This document shows, piece after piece, positions 1 through 11,676 of a DNA stretch of 64,000 nt (positions are counted from its first letter, which is position 1; the number at the start of each line of letters is the position of its first letter). The position numbers and the translations under genes are program-made. Source of the stretch: Centroscyllium fabricii (Eukaryota); assembly GCA_051313645.2 (NCBI GenBank), contig JBNRSN020000013.1:15066001-15130000 (forward strand), given 5' to 3'. Below the pieces are notes generated by a model that was given only the letters and a program-made list of their open reading frames with translations, had not been told where the DNA came from and did no database searches.

Positions 1-332
1 TTTCTCAATTAGCATGGGTGCGGAAATCGGAACACCCTCTGAATGCTTAAGAGAAAACCACTCATAAAGCACGGTATCCAGCTCTTCAAGCTTAGGCATA
101 CGAAGCATACGCCATTTCTCTACACTCTTAGATGTCTCCGAGCTTGAATAAAACTTAAGCAGCTTATCCTTCTGTGATTTGATGTCGTAGATTGTTGACG
201 AACCGATTTTTGAATTCATTCATAATGTTAATCTGCTTCTCTCCTCTTCCTAGTCGTTCGCATATGTCGTTTTTCTGTTTTAAAGTTTACACCACTCTTC
301 CTTTTGCTTGGACCAACTTTTGGGATTTCCAT
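1..332 (-). pseudogene. Disrupted Tigger-type transposase N-terminus (psq and CENP-B HTH)
   Basis: Manual translation: MEIPKVGPSKRK / [29 protein letters not shown] / [20 protein letters not shown]...[31 protein letters not shown]. Two frameshifts and one stop. Confidence 0.8.
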
Positions 333-647
333 AATGCAATGCAATGACTACCAGTAGTGTGGGAGACACACAGTACCCCTGTAAAATGGCGGATCAGAAG
401 AGACTACTGGCAGCACGGGAGAGTCAGGCTCCTGTTACAGGGTTTTTGAGGTGTTCCGACGTCCGACAGCGCCAAGAAGCCGAATAGTAGCAGTTTGGAG
501 AAGTACTCCATTGACTAACTCAGCCACCACAGGAGTCTTGGACTCGGCAACATTGCCGGTTATTGTGGTGTGCTTTTCGGAGTGAGAATTTTGACGGTTA
601 ATAGAGAATTCCGGATATTTAGGTGCCGTTTAAACGAGAGTTTCCTG
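1..647 (-). mobile_element. Tigger/pogo (Tc1-mariner superfamily) DNA transposon, 5' portion, runs off window start
   Basis: Terminus (minus strand) TA|CAGGAAACTCTCGTTTAAACGGCACC at 647, with TA at 648-649. Downstream lies a CENP-B/Tigger-type transposase N-terminus. Confidence 0.85.
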
Positions 648-1821
648 TAATGTCATATGTCGTAGATGTGCCTTACCATGGCGTATGGCGTAAGCTTTCA
701 GCAAATTCAGGCTCCGTATGTCTGAAGTTTCAAATTGCTGCAAGATTCAGTGTAAAAGAGGCTGCAATCTACTCTTAAACTTTAGTAACCATAATCTTCC
801 TTTTGGAGCTTTGCGGTATGCACAGCCAATGACCTGGTTGTAATGCAATGTTGGATCTTTACTGTGCAATTTCCAGTCTCTCCTGATAGCTCCCGAAATG
901 TGGGAGTTGAATTTGGCTCTTGACTCAGCGTAAATTCAAGGCCTGAGTTGCTGAAACAATTTTGGTACTGCAGAAGCTTTGTAATGGTCGTTCCCCTTGT
1001 GAGGAGTGGAATACTCTGTCTACTTGTTCCATTTCAATAGATAATTCAAAACATACAGTGCAAGACATGAATCTCCTCTGGGCAAATATTTCCTTTATTT
1101 GAACCTTGCTTTTAATACAATGTCTGTTAACTTGTATCTTAACTATAAATTGAAAGACTGGTTTAAGCTTTTTTTTGGGAACTCCTCATATATTGATAAA
1201 TTACCTCTGCAAATGTTACCAAGTGATATGAACAAGCGGGTTCACTTATCCTTTAGCTGTAATTGGGGAATTTGCCATGTACTGTAATGTTCTACGTTAC
1301 CAGGTGCTCCCACCCCAACAAAGCAGGATTTTAAAAAAAAAATAATTGGTCCACGTATTGCGTTTGTTACTGACGTATTCAACATAAAATGCAGCAGGCC
1401 TGAAATTCAGTTAGACATACGTTGGCAGATCCTGTTTACTGACATGTAATTAGGTAACCATAATCTGCCTGACCCGAGGATGTTAACATAAATATAGTTA
1501 TTTCGAAGCTTCAGGAAAGCTCCTGGTGCTTTGGATCAGTGTTGACGTTGCTACATATGGATATCAGTTGTAGTTTCATGGGTTGTTGCTTCATATGAGG
1601 CACGAGGGCATGTTTCTAATTGCCCATATCAACTACTCTGAAATCCCCAAAGACACATTAGTTTCCCTTGGGGACTATTTCTGTTCCATTAGATATTGCT
1701 ACAAGTGTGTATTCATATTGTGTGTAATGAAATTTTAAGAAGCAAATGGGAGGAAAACTTTACTTTGTTAATGGATAAAAGTAGTGTACTGGAATCCTAT
1801 GGTACTATTGATGCTTCCATA

Positions 1822-2618
1822 CTTGGTTAAGGGATAAATATTAGTCGGGGAGAACCTCCCTACTGTTCTTAGAAATAGTGCTTTGGAATATTTTGCGTCT
1901 ATCTGAGAGGGTAGATGGAGCATCGGTTTAATGTCTCATCCAAAAGACAGCACCTGCGACAATGCAGCACTCCCATAGCATTATACCGGTCCGACACCAT
2001 TAATCTGGCACCGGCGGGAGCAGGCTGGTGTCAGACTAATGAAAAAACGATTGATGCTTCGGCGAGCGCATGCGCAGACCATTCAAAATGGCCGCCGCGT
2101 ACACCAGTGGCCATTTTTAATGGTCTGCGCATGCGCTCGCTGAAACATCAGTCGTTCGGGGAGAGGTCCGGGCATGCGCAGCCAAGCGTGCCGGCCATTT
2201 TGCGCGTGCGCAGCCAAGCGCGCTGGCCATTTTGCACGTGCGCAGCCAAGCGCGGCGGCCAATTTGCGCGTGCGCAGCCAAGTGCGATGGCCATTTTGTG
2301 CATGCGCAGACCAGTCAGGGAGAGGCCCGGGCATGCGCAGCCAAGTGCGGTGGCCATTTTGCGCATCCGCAGACCAGTCGGGGAGAGGCCCGGGCATGCG
2401 CAGCGGCCATTTTGCGCATGCGCTGCCAAGCGCGTCGGCCATTTTGCGATGCGCAGACCAGTCGGCCGCATTCGTTCCGGACGACTGAAGTTTCCGGATT
2501 AACGGTGCCTGACCTGTACTTGAGTGTCATTCTAGATTTTGTGCTCAAGACCCTCTCGTGGGATTTGAACCAGTAACGTGACTCAGGCTAGAGTGCTCCC
2601 CACTGAGCCATGGCTGAT
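1822..2618 (-). mobile_element. Deu-domain tRNA-derived SINE (SacSINE1-like), interrupted by a MITE
   Basis: Homologous to the SINE at 34706-35141 (gggataaatatt...aaatagtg...cggtttaatgtctcatc...tgcagcactccc...ctgagcca). The sequence resumes after the MITE TA site. Confidence 0.75.
1986..2516. mobile_element. Tigger-type MITE (TA TSD), internal tandem NRF1/YY1-like units
   Basis: TA at 1984-85 and 2517-18; imperfect TIRs ccggtccgacaccattaatctgg / ccggattaacggtgcctgacctg; interior of repeated gcgcatgcgc and ggccattttg units. Confidence 0.85.
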
Positions 2619-2619
2619 G

Positions 2620-2810
2620 CCCTCCCTAAACCCCTCTGCCTCTTCACCTCTCTTCTCCTTTACGACCCTCCTTAAAACGTAACTCTTTGACCAAGCTTTT
2701 GGTCACCTATCTAATGGCTCCTTCATTGGCTTAGTGTAAATGTGTGATTACGCTCCTGTGAAGTGCCTGGTAATGTTAAAGGTGCTGTATAAATGAAAGT
2801 TATTGTTTTC
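2620..2810 (+). mobile_element. L2-type LINE 3' tail fragment
   Basis: ccctaaacccctc...ctccttaaaac...tttgaccaagcttttggtcac...gttaaaggtgctgtataaatg; a similar copy lies at ~31090-31285. Confidence 0.6.
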
Positions 2811-3433
2811 CTGCACATGATGGCTGATCAATACTATGATACTGTTATGCAGTATTTGCACAAAGGCTTTTGATGACTTGAGGTGGAAAGCTGCTCTCCC
2901 TTCCTGCTCAAAAAAAGGTATGAGTTGACCTTGTGGGAGATTACTTCTTCAGCTATACCAGTTTTAAAATATCAATCAGAAGTCAACTGAGGGAAACTTA
3001 AGAAAAAGTCTGAACCAGAAGAAGCTAAGGTAAGATAGCACTCGGGGAATTATGGGTTGAATCTTGCTTGGAAAAATAATGGCGTGTTAACATATGCTGT
3101 TAGTAATGTGCAAATCGGCTAGTAAGTTCAGAGAATTAAGGAATATGGCATGAGTTGCGAATCTCCAGAACTTGCTGTCCTTACTTGGCTCCCCTGTTAG
3201 TTTAAGAACTTGATGGATTTGCACCATAATTGTCAATTAAACCAGGCACAAAAAGTTAAATCTGGTAATTTGCAACGTGAGTACCTTTTTAATGATGTGA
3301 TAATAGATAATGCAATGCTAATGAACCTCTGGCCCAGAAATGAAACAATTTAAAGTGGTACAAAAGCAAAATACTGCAGAGGCTGGAAATCTGAAATAAA
3401 GAGAAAATGCTGGAAATACTCAGCAGGTCAGGT

Positions 3434-3807
3434 AACATAGAAACTATAGGAGCAGGAGTAGGCCATTCAATGTGATCATGGCTGACCATCCAAACCCAGC
3501 ACCCCGTCCCTGCCTTCTCCCCATATCCCCCGATCCCTGTCGAGCCTGCACCGACGCATATCCCACCCCATCCCCGCAACCCCACCTATTCAATCCCCCT
3601 AACACGAAGGGTCAATTTATCCTGGCCAATCAACCTAACCCGCACATCTTTGGACTGTGGGAGGAAACCGGAGCACCCGGAGGAAACCCACGCAGACACG
3701 GGGAGAATGTGCAGACTCCACACAGATAGTCACCCAAGGCTGGATTTGAACCCGGGTCTCTAGTGCTGTGAGGCAACAGTGCTAACCACTATGCCACCGT
3801 GCCGCCC
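3434..3807 (-). mobile_element. V-SINE / HE1-like tRNA-derived SINE with CR1-type tail
   Basis: Minus-strand head gggcggcacggtggcatagtggttagcactg with B-box gggttcaaatcc; V-domain ggtttcctccgggtgctccggtttcctcccacagtccaaaga; CR1-like tail. Confidence 0.85.
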
Positions 3808-3841
3808 TTGTGGAGCAGTTGTGGAGAGAGAAAGAGTTGTT

Positions 3842-5339
3842 GGGGTAAATTTTCATGGTGCCGTGAGGCGGGGTTTTCGGCGGGTTGGACCGCAAAATTG
3901 CTAAACCGCGGGGTCCCGCCGCTTTGCCATTTCCCGCCGCCCTCTGTCTCCGCCCCGAATCTTCCCGCGGGGATGGTCATTATGTTCATTAAGGGCCCTT
4001 ATTTGGCATCTGTAATGCCATTTTAAGGGCCCTTAGCATTTTACAAGCTCTTCCCACCCATAACCCGCCAGTTGCAAACCCCGCCGCTGAAACCTAGCGG
4101 GAACACAATCGGATTACTGAGTCTCAGCAGCAGGAGCTCCATCATAAGGTCTGACATTGAACCTGCCATCATAGGCAGGTGACAGGACCTTGTTTTGGGG
4201 CAACAGTTAGAAGTCTTAATCACACTTGTGGTTAGTTGGAGCCTCACTCACCTCTCCAGTGTGAACCCATCTCGGTACCTTCACTCAGCGCTTCCTCAGC
4301 GGAGGCAGATGCCAGAAGCATGGAAGCCATTTAGGTCTTACCTTTCTGGGCATTAGATGAGCTCCCACACTTGCCACAACAGCAGCAGGAGCGCCAGGCT
4401 GCTGCTCACCCACCCACTCCTGCATCTGTTCCTGGAGTTCCAGCCCCGCTGATCTTATGGATGGACCCAGAGGCAGAGGGTCGACATGCAGCTGAGCCCA
4501 GCTGGCAGAGTCCTACATTCTCCGACTAGGGCTCCCCACTGCTATCCCTGTCTGGATACTTACAAGGAGACAAAGATGGAGTGAAGTGGCAAGACCAAGG
4601 GCACTCCATATGTGTTGTAAGTTGTGTTCAAAGCATCAGTGATAGGGAGTGTGAGGGCTGCATGGTTGAATCGTTCTGTGAATATGAGCATAGAGAGAGC
4701 GGGAATGGGTAAGGGTGCATGGATGTCAGTGTCAAGTGGGATGTGGAGGAAGAGATTGCTGAAGCTGAGTGCTGGTGAGGACAGGCATTGGGGATCAGAT
4801 TGAGGGTGATGGAGTTCCATCCTCACTTTTCCAACGTGCAGAAGGTCATGAAATCTCTTCCTGCACTGAATGCAGGTTCTGTGGGGTACTGATAATGAGT
4901 TGCCCTCCTCTGCCACCTGGATTCACACATCCTGCTGGGGAGGCTTCTTCCTCCCTGAAGAAGGGAAGAGCACCTCTTTATGAGCTCCTGCACCCTCAAA
5001 TGAAGTTTGCAGGACCACATTATCAAACCTGGAAGCAGACCTAGGTTTTTCGATGGTCATTCTACCTCCAGGTCCCTCTGGCATGAAAGGGCACAAGGTT
5101 GGCAGTCCGCAGCAGAAGCAAGGCTTGCTGTGGATCTGAAATACACCAGCAACGATTACATCATATTGTGCAACTTTCTGACTGGAAATTGTCAATTGCC
5201 AAGGGCTCCCACACACCGGAAATCAATTGGTCAATTGAGCCAAAATTGCGTGGGGCTCACAGGCCCTTAAAGATTCGTGTCAGAAACCTGACCTTGCCGA
5301 AACCCGACAATTCCCTGCACTTCCGGGAAAATTTTGGCC
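3842..5339 (-). mobile_element. PIF/Harbinger non-autonomous derivative with Myb/SANT-like ORF remnants
   Basis: Termini ggggtaaattttc / gaaaattttggcc. Remnant peptides HKEVLFPSSGRKKPP and IQCRKRFHDL. A close homologue lies at 43595-45751. Confidence 0.75.
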
Positions 5340-5858
5340 AATGTTTCAGGTCGATGACCCTTCGTCAGAACTGGAAAAAGTTAGAGATGTAATGGATTTT
5401 TAAGCAATTGCAGGGGCATGCAAAGGGGGGCAGGGGAGGAAAGAACACAAGCGAAGGTCTGTAATAGGATGGAAAGCAGGACAGATTAAAAGACAAAAGG
5501 GATGATGGTTGCAAGGCAAAAGAAGATGGCAATGGGACAAGTTAAACAAAAGATGGGTCTAGATGAGGTGTAAATGGGAATGGCAGAATCATCGACAGCT
5601 GCCATATGGGGAAAAAAATAGGGGCAGAGGTATGGTCGGAAATTGTTGAACTTGATGCTGAGTCCAGTGCCTAATTGAAAGATGAGGTGTTTCTCCTCAA
5701 GCTTATGTTGAGCTTGGTTGGAACAGTGTAAGAGGCCGAGGTCAGAGTGGAGCGGCGAATGAAAGCGACAGGCGACCAGAAGCTCGGGGTCACACTTACG
5801 GACTGAATGGAGGTGTTGTGAAAAGCGGTCACCCAATCTGCGGTTTGGTCTCCTCAAT

Positions 5859-6653
5859 TCGGTGCTGGGGATGTTGGCCTGAGCAAGAACACTGACGTTG
5901 GTGCGCCTATCCTGCCAATGGATTTGCAGGATCTTGCAGAGGCAGCGTTGGTACCTCTCCAGTGCTTTGAGGTGCCTGCTGACAGGCTGCTGTACATGGT
6001 CCATGTCTCTGAAGCATACAGGAGGGCAGGTAGCACGACTGCTCCATAGACCATGAGCTTAGTGCAGGGTTTGAAGTCCTGGTCTTCAAACGCATTCTTC
6101 CTCCGGCGACAGAAAGCTGCACTGGCACACTGAAGGCGGTGTTGGACATCGTCATCGAGTCTGCCCTTGTTGACAGTAGGCTCCCAAGCATAGAAAGTGG
6201 TCCACGTTGTCCAAGGCCTTGCCGTGGATTTTGATAATCGGGGGGCAGTACTATGTGGAGGGGGCAGGTTGGTGGAGGATCTTTGTCTTTCAGATGTATT
6301 GTATAAGGCCCGTGCTCTTCTACGCTTTGGTGAAAGTGTTGACGATGGTTTGGAGTTCGACCTCCGAGTGTGTGCAGATGCAAGCATCACTTGCATACTG
6401 TAATTCGATGACAGAGGATGGGACGACCGTGGATCTGGACTGGAGGCGATGGAGGCTGAACAGTTTTCCGTTTGTTCTGTAGATTAGCTCCACTCCAGTG
6501 GGGAGCTTACTGAGGGTGAGATGGAGCATTGCAGCCATCTGGCCCACCTGTGACAGACTGTAGGTCCCGTATTGGATTCACCAGTCACCTGAGAACTAAT
6601 TTTTAGTATGGAAGCAAGTCATCTTCAGTTCAGAGGGACTGCCTAAGAAAGAA
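5859..6653. mobile_element. RTE-clade LINE insertion with inverted 5' segment
   Basis: 5859-6538 matches the RTE copy at 38433-39622 on the minus strand (ELQYASDAC, TKLMVYGAVVLPALLYASETWT). 6541-6653 is the RTE 3' end on the plus strand (gggactgcctaagaaagaa). Confidence 0.8.
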
Positions 6654-7753
6654 TAAAGGTCGAGGAGACTGCATCGTTTCCTGGCCCCAACCGTTTCCTT
6701 TTCACTGGATGTCCAATCCTTCTACACCTCCATCCCCCACCAGGTCGGTCTGAGGGCGCTCCGCTTCTTCCTTGATCAGAGGCCAACCAGTCCCCATACA
6801 CCACCACCCTCCTCCACCTGGCTGAACTTGTTCTCACATTGAATAACTTCTCCTTTGACTCCACTCACTTCCTCCAAATTAAAGGTGTTGCTATGGGAAC
6901 CCGCATGGGTTCTAGCTATGCCTGCCTTTTCATGGGATATGTGGAACATTCTTTGTTCCAGTCCTATTCCTTTCCCCTCCCTCACCTGTCTTCCGGTACT
7001 TTGATGACTGTACCCTGCACTTGCCCCTGTACATTGTGCTGTTTCCTGATCTCACCTTGAACTAGAAAATTTCATTCACTTTGCTTCCAATTTCCAACCT
7101 TCCCTCACCTTCACATGGCGCATCTTTCACTCTTCCCTTCCTCGACTTCTGTCTCCATTTCTGGGGATAGGCTATTGGCAAACTTTCACGAAGCCCACTG
7201 ACTCCCACAGCTACCTGGACTACACCTCCTCCCGCCCCGCTTCCTGTAAGGACTCCATTCCAATTCTCTGTTTCTCCGCCTCTGTTGCATCTGCTCTGAT
7301 GATGCCACTTTCCATTCTAGTACTTCCAATATGTCTTCCTTTCTCCTCAACCGAGGATTCCCCATTACCATGGTTGACAGGGCCCTCAACCGTGTCTGTT
7401 CTATTTCCCGCACTTCTGCTCTCACCCCTTCCCCTCCCTCCCTCCCTCCCAGAACTGCGATAGGGTTCCCCTTGTCCTCACCAGCCTCCACATTCAACCT
7501 ATCCTCATCCTGCCATTTCCACCGCCTCCAGCATGATCTGACCACCATGGCAACTGTTGATTGTACCATTCCCATTTACACCTCATCTAGACTCCTTTTT
7601 GTTAATCTGTCCCATTACCATCTCCTTCTGCCTTGCACCCTTTTGTCTTTTAATCTCTCCTGCCTTCCATCCTATCACAGACCTTTTGTTCTTTTCTCCC
7701 CTTTCCCTGCCCCTGCACTTGCTTAAAAATCTGTCACATCTCTAACTTTTGCC

Positions 7754-7790
7754 AGTTCTGATGAAGGGTCATCGACCTGAAACGTTAACT
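7754..7790 (+). ncRNA. Minimal hammerhead-ribozyme-like motif in Penelope-like terminus
   Basis: AGTT-CTGATGA-A-GGGTC(ATC)GACCT-GAAA-CG-TT-AACT: core boxes, stem II, stem I AGTT/AACT, palindromic AACGTT in place of stem III. Confidence 0.6.
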
Positions 7791-10329
7791 CTGTTTCTGT
7801 CTCCACAGATGCTACCTGACCTGCTGAGTATTTCCAGCATTTTCTGTTTTTAATTTAAAGTGGTATGATCCAGAGGAAAGGACTGGTTGATTTTTTTGCC
7901 GAGAGCTGTGTTGTATGGAGAGATGGTTTGCACTTGCTTGGTGAGGCAAAACATGTTTGAAAAGATGACTTAAAATTTTTGCTATCAATGTTTTTGCTAA
8001 TGTAGATCTATGATCATATTCACATTTCTTCTATATTGGGAAGTGTGCATGTCTGTTAAAATCATGTCATTGGTGCTTGTTTCATTTGGATTCTATTAGA
8101 CCAGTGCCCGTAAGCTTGCTTTATGTAATTACACTACGTGCATGATACTATTGAGTAACCTATCGTCAACCCAGAGTGGTTTTTTTTAAATGAGGTGTTA
8201 GTTTCTTACTCTAACATGGGACTGTAGTGAAATCTATGCTTGAGGTGAATAGTCAACCCGTTGGAACTGCCTCACTGTGGGTTAGAACTCTTTCCTCTCA
8301 TTTCTGGTCTCTGACTTTTAAGCTAGCACTGACAGACCGATGGAAATCTTTGATGGTTAAACATTCGAAGAACTGGGTTTGGTGGTTTTCAGTTCCATTC
8401 TTGTGGCCTTGAGAGAAGTATAAAACTGCTAACTGAAATTGAATTTTAGTCTTGGCCCATACGGATGGCAGGTATGAGAATTGATTTTTTTTTTTAACTG
8501 ATGCTGGACTTGGGAATTTGAGATCAAGACCAGTTGATGCACATCAATAGACGACTGAGGACCTATGGTTCCCAAGTGCTCTACCACTGGGGGTTTCCTT
8601 GTGTCATTGCTGGATCTGTTGATTTCTATGATGGTCAACTCCATTATCATTGTATCATGCAGCTACTAGGATGCTGCAAGACGAACTAGATGTACCGTGG
8701 TCTTTTTTCATCTAGATGTTCCTATGAAAGCAGTTCCACTGTTCCCAATCATGATGGACAGGGCCGCTGGTTCTATACTACATGGATCCAAGAATGCTTG
8801 TACGTTTGCACACCTACCTTGCCATTCACTCATTAATTTCTCATGGACCAGTACAATTCCCAAAGACAACGGGGTTACAATGTCTTCCTCTTTTGCTTGT
8901 TCTTTTAAAACATTTTCTTTCTTTTCCTTTGTCTCTCTCTCTCTCTCAATCCACTCTCTTTATATCCCTCTCTTTATTTCTCTTTCTGCATCTAATTCGA
9001 CTCTAATTCACCCTGTTTCGTTCTCTGTTCCTTCATCCTTTTCTTTCATTGGTCAAGGAGATTTATAAGTGTGCACATGAGGTTCTAGATGCGACATTGA
9101 TGTCGCTGCTCCATTATAAATGCGCATTTTTGGCAATTTACATCGCAGATATAATGTGATCTTAAGGGTGAGGTTGAAAAGTCAAATTCACATCACTCAC
9201 TGACGGATGTGTCATTCCAGCAATTTCTGGCCCTATATAAACAATTTATCTGGTTTTAGGGAAATTAGTTGGATGAAGCACCCTGCACTAATTTGTATTT
9301 GCATTTATTTTTTCTCACTTAAATAATCTTGGACTTCTTGCCATCACAGCACTGGAACTGAAGGACAGAAAAGGAATATCATACCATTAATGGATTTAGT
9401 CAAGAGTTAATTAGTCTTCAGATTTAACTAACTGTTGAGTTGAGTACATTGTACTTTATGCATTTTTGGAATTTATTTGTGAGACCAGCTGTGTCACGTA
9501 CATCTGAAATTGATGTAATTGATGACTAAGTCTACCAATAAATTCTTGAGATTAGAAATGAATTTAAAACTGTTTAAAATCTGGTGTGTCAATATATGGT
9601 GCAACGTCTTATTTTAGCATAAGAAAGTGAGTATTTTTGACCACAGCAGTTGCATTAATATAAAACTTAATGCACCTTACATGATACAAAGATAGGTGGG
9701 AAAGCAAGTTGTGAAGAGGACACAAAGGGGGTAATTTTGCCAACCCTGGGGAGGTGGGTATGGAGGCAGGACTGCCAGGAAAATGGCAGAAACTGGAAGT
9801 GGGTACAAAACCCACTCCCAACCCACCTCCGTGCCATATTCCCGGTAGGCAGGGACCCATCTTCTCGAGACGGGAAGGGGATTACAGTCAATTAGCTGCC
9901 AGTTAAGAGGCCATATCCCCATTTTACCCACACAACTGCAGGATTCCCGATGGCTGCGAACCTCGCTAGGGTCAGCGAGGTGAGCAGTGTGTCTGCGGGG
10001 GTGAGGGGGGTCAAAGTCCGCTGTAGAGGTGAATGATGGATGCAAGTGTGGAGAGGTAAGTATGAGGTGAGTGTGAAGTGTTAGAAAACGTTTCCTTACC
10101 TTTGCTTCTTCCTGCAGGCTTCAACCCTTGGGGATCCGGTGGCTCCTCATCTCAACGGCAGAGATGACAGAATGGCTGCTGCATTCTCAGATGCAGCAGC
10201 CATCTGATTTCTGCTCTGTACAAAGATTCACCATAGAACAGAGATTCAGTGTTTGACAGCTTCTCAAAGGTGAGACCACACCTGGAGTACTGCATAAAGT
10301 TTTGGTCCCCTTATTTATGGAAGGATATA

Positions 10330-10525
10330 CAGGTTGAGCACCGTTAATCCGGCACGGGCGGGACCAGGCCTGCGCCGGGAAAGGGAAAATCCCGAACGAT
10401 TGAAGCTTCGGCGAGCACATGCGCAGACCATTCAAAATGGCCGCTGTGAAAGGCTGGTGGCCATTTTGAATGGTCTGTGCATGCACTTATCATTCGTGGC
10501 GTCCCGGCCCGCAGTTGGGGAGCCC
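10330..10525. mobile_element. Truncated Tigger-type MITE inserted at TA in a CR1 fragment
   Basis: TA|caggttgagcaccgttaatccggcac left TIR after the CR1 piece at 10269-10329. The right TIR is absent and a CR1 tail (ctcctgcacctatttcttat) follows. Confidence 0.7.
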
Positions 10526-11064
10526 CGACTCCTGCACCTATTTCTTATCATCTTAATCCTGTAGTAAAGGGAGGCTAGCATTCAGGTTTGGGAGTCTTCT
10601 GTTTGGGGATTGATTGTGGGAATTTTTCTGCAATGCAAGCACAATTGGCTTACAACATTTTAAATTTCAATGATTATACCCAGAAATTCTGCATTGATTA
10701 CTAGATTTGAATGATGAATATTCACAATTAGATATTTGAGGAGTTATTCTTCAAACCTTTTTGTTCCTCTCAGCTTCATAAAAGATTGAGGTTCACCTGA
10801 CTTGAGACTTGACGCTATACCCTGCTTGTTGTTTCAAATGAATTTGAAGATGGTAGATTAATGGCTTTTATGATGAGATATAATCCCTGTAATTCCCTCT
10901 GTAGTCATGGCCTGGACTAAAAATAATCATTTATTTCTGGACATTCAGGCATCAGTTGCTGGGGGAAGGGATTGTTGTCAAATTCCACAGTGTCCTAGGT
11001 TGTGTATCTTTCCTGCCCCCCCTGTGCAATGTGATGTAACTTCTCTACATGCAATTTACAGGTA

Positions 11065-11676
11065 CAGGTTGAAGTTCATTAATCCGGCACCCGAAAAACC
11101 GGCAGCTTCAGTCGTTCGACACAGATTTTCCCGACTGCCCGGCGCATGCGCAGACAATTCAAAATGGCCACCGTCGGGGCTGGGCTTCTCTTTCACCTAA
11201 CATATACTCACTGGATCCCGGCTTAGTGACCACCCCGATGCCGATGGTGAATCCCAGGCCCAGAAGATGAGCTGTTGTGCCAGCCGCCTTTCGCAGGACG
11301 CGATACAGGCAATGCTCAGTGCCCATCGCTGCCGGAGGCTCCTGCCTGGTTGTGTGCTGACGTCACCGCGTTCCGAAGCTGGCGTGCGGTGGCGTCACGT
11401 GAGCCGGGCTTGAGCCGCGCATTAGGGCTCCGGCCTGCTGAAGCCATGCAGGCCGCTCCATGATCCGCAGCAGAATCGAGTGCGAGTTCCACCCGACCCT
11501 TGGGCCGAAAATCAACTGCCAGGTACCGGCGAGTGCATGCGCAGAGCATTGAAAATTTCGCGTCGGCCATTTTGAATGTTCTGCGCATGCGCCGCCGTGA
11601 CTTCAATAATTCGCCGTTTTCAACAATCCGGCAGGGTGCTGGTCCCGACCCTGCCGGATTAATGAACTTCAACCTG
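11065..11676. mobile_element. Tigger-type Pack-MITE with captured host DNA
   Basis: Perfect 25-bp TIR caggttgaagttcattaatccggca / tgccggattaatgaacttcaacctg; TA on both sides; unique GC-rich interior ~11172-11505. Confidence 0.9.
11212..11326 (-). pseudogene. cyb561d2: Captured first coding exon of a cytochrome b561 family D (CYB561D2-like) gene
   Basis: Kozak gcagcgATGG; translation MGTEHCLYRVLRKAAGTTAHLLGLGFTIGIGVVTKPGS, compared with recalled human CYB561D2 ...[37 protein letters not shown]; followed directly by donor A|GTGAGT. Confidence 0.8.

Larger units (their letters stand above)
3362..7852. mobile_element. Penelope-like element with inverted arms, split by nested SINE, Harbinger and RTE insertions
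   Basis: Arm pieces at 3362-3433, 3820-3841 and 5340-5858 (minus; GIY-YIG C-terminal RRLGDRFSQH...KLEEKHLIFQLGT) are the inverse of the plus-strand body 6677-7852 (RT motif NNFSFDSTHFLQIKGVAMGTRMGSSYACLFMG). The terminus at 7754-7852 is complementary to 3398-3431 and 5340-5372. Confidence 0.8.

Noticed and set aside
2170-2460. CRISPR-like regular repeats
   Set aside because: No unique spacers, eukaryotic context, and the repeats lie inside TIRs.
1915-2576. Overlapping ORFs rich in CACA/RMR motifs (also at 34273, 54026 and 58187)
   Set aside because: They are translations of GC-rich palindromic MITE repeats, open in many frames.
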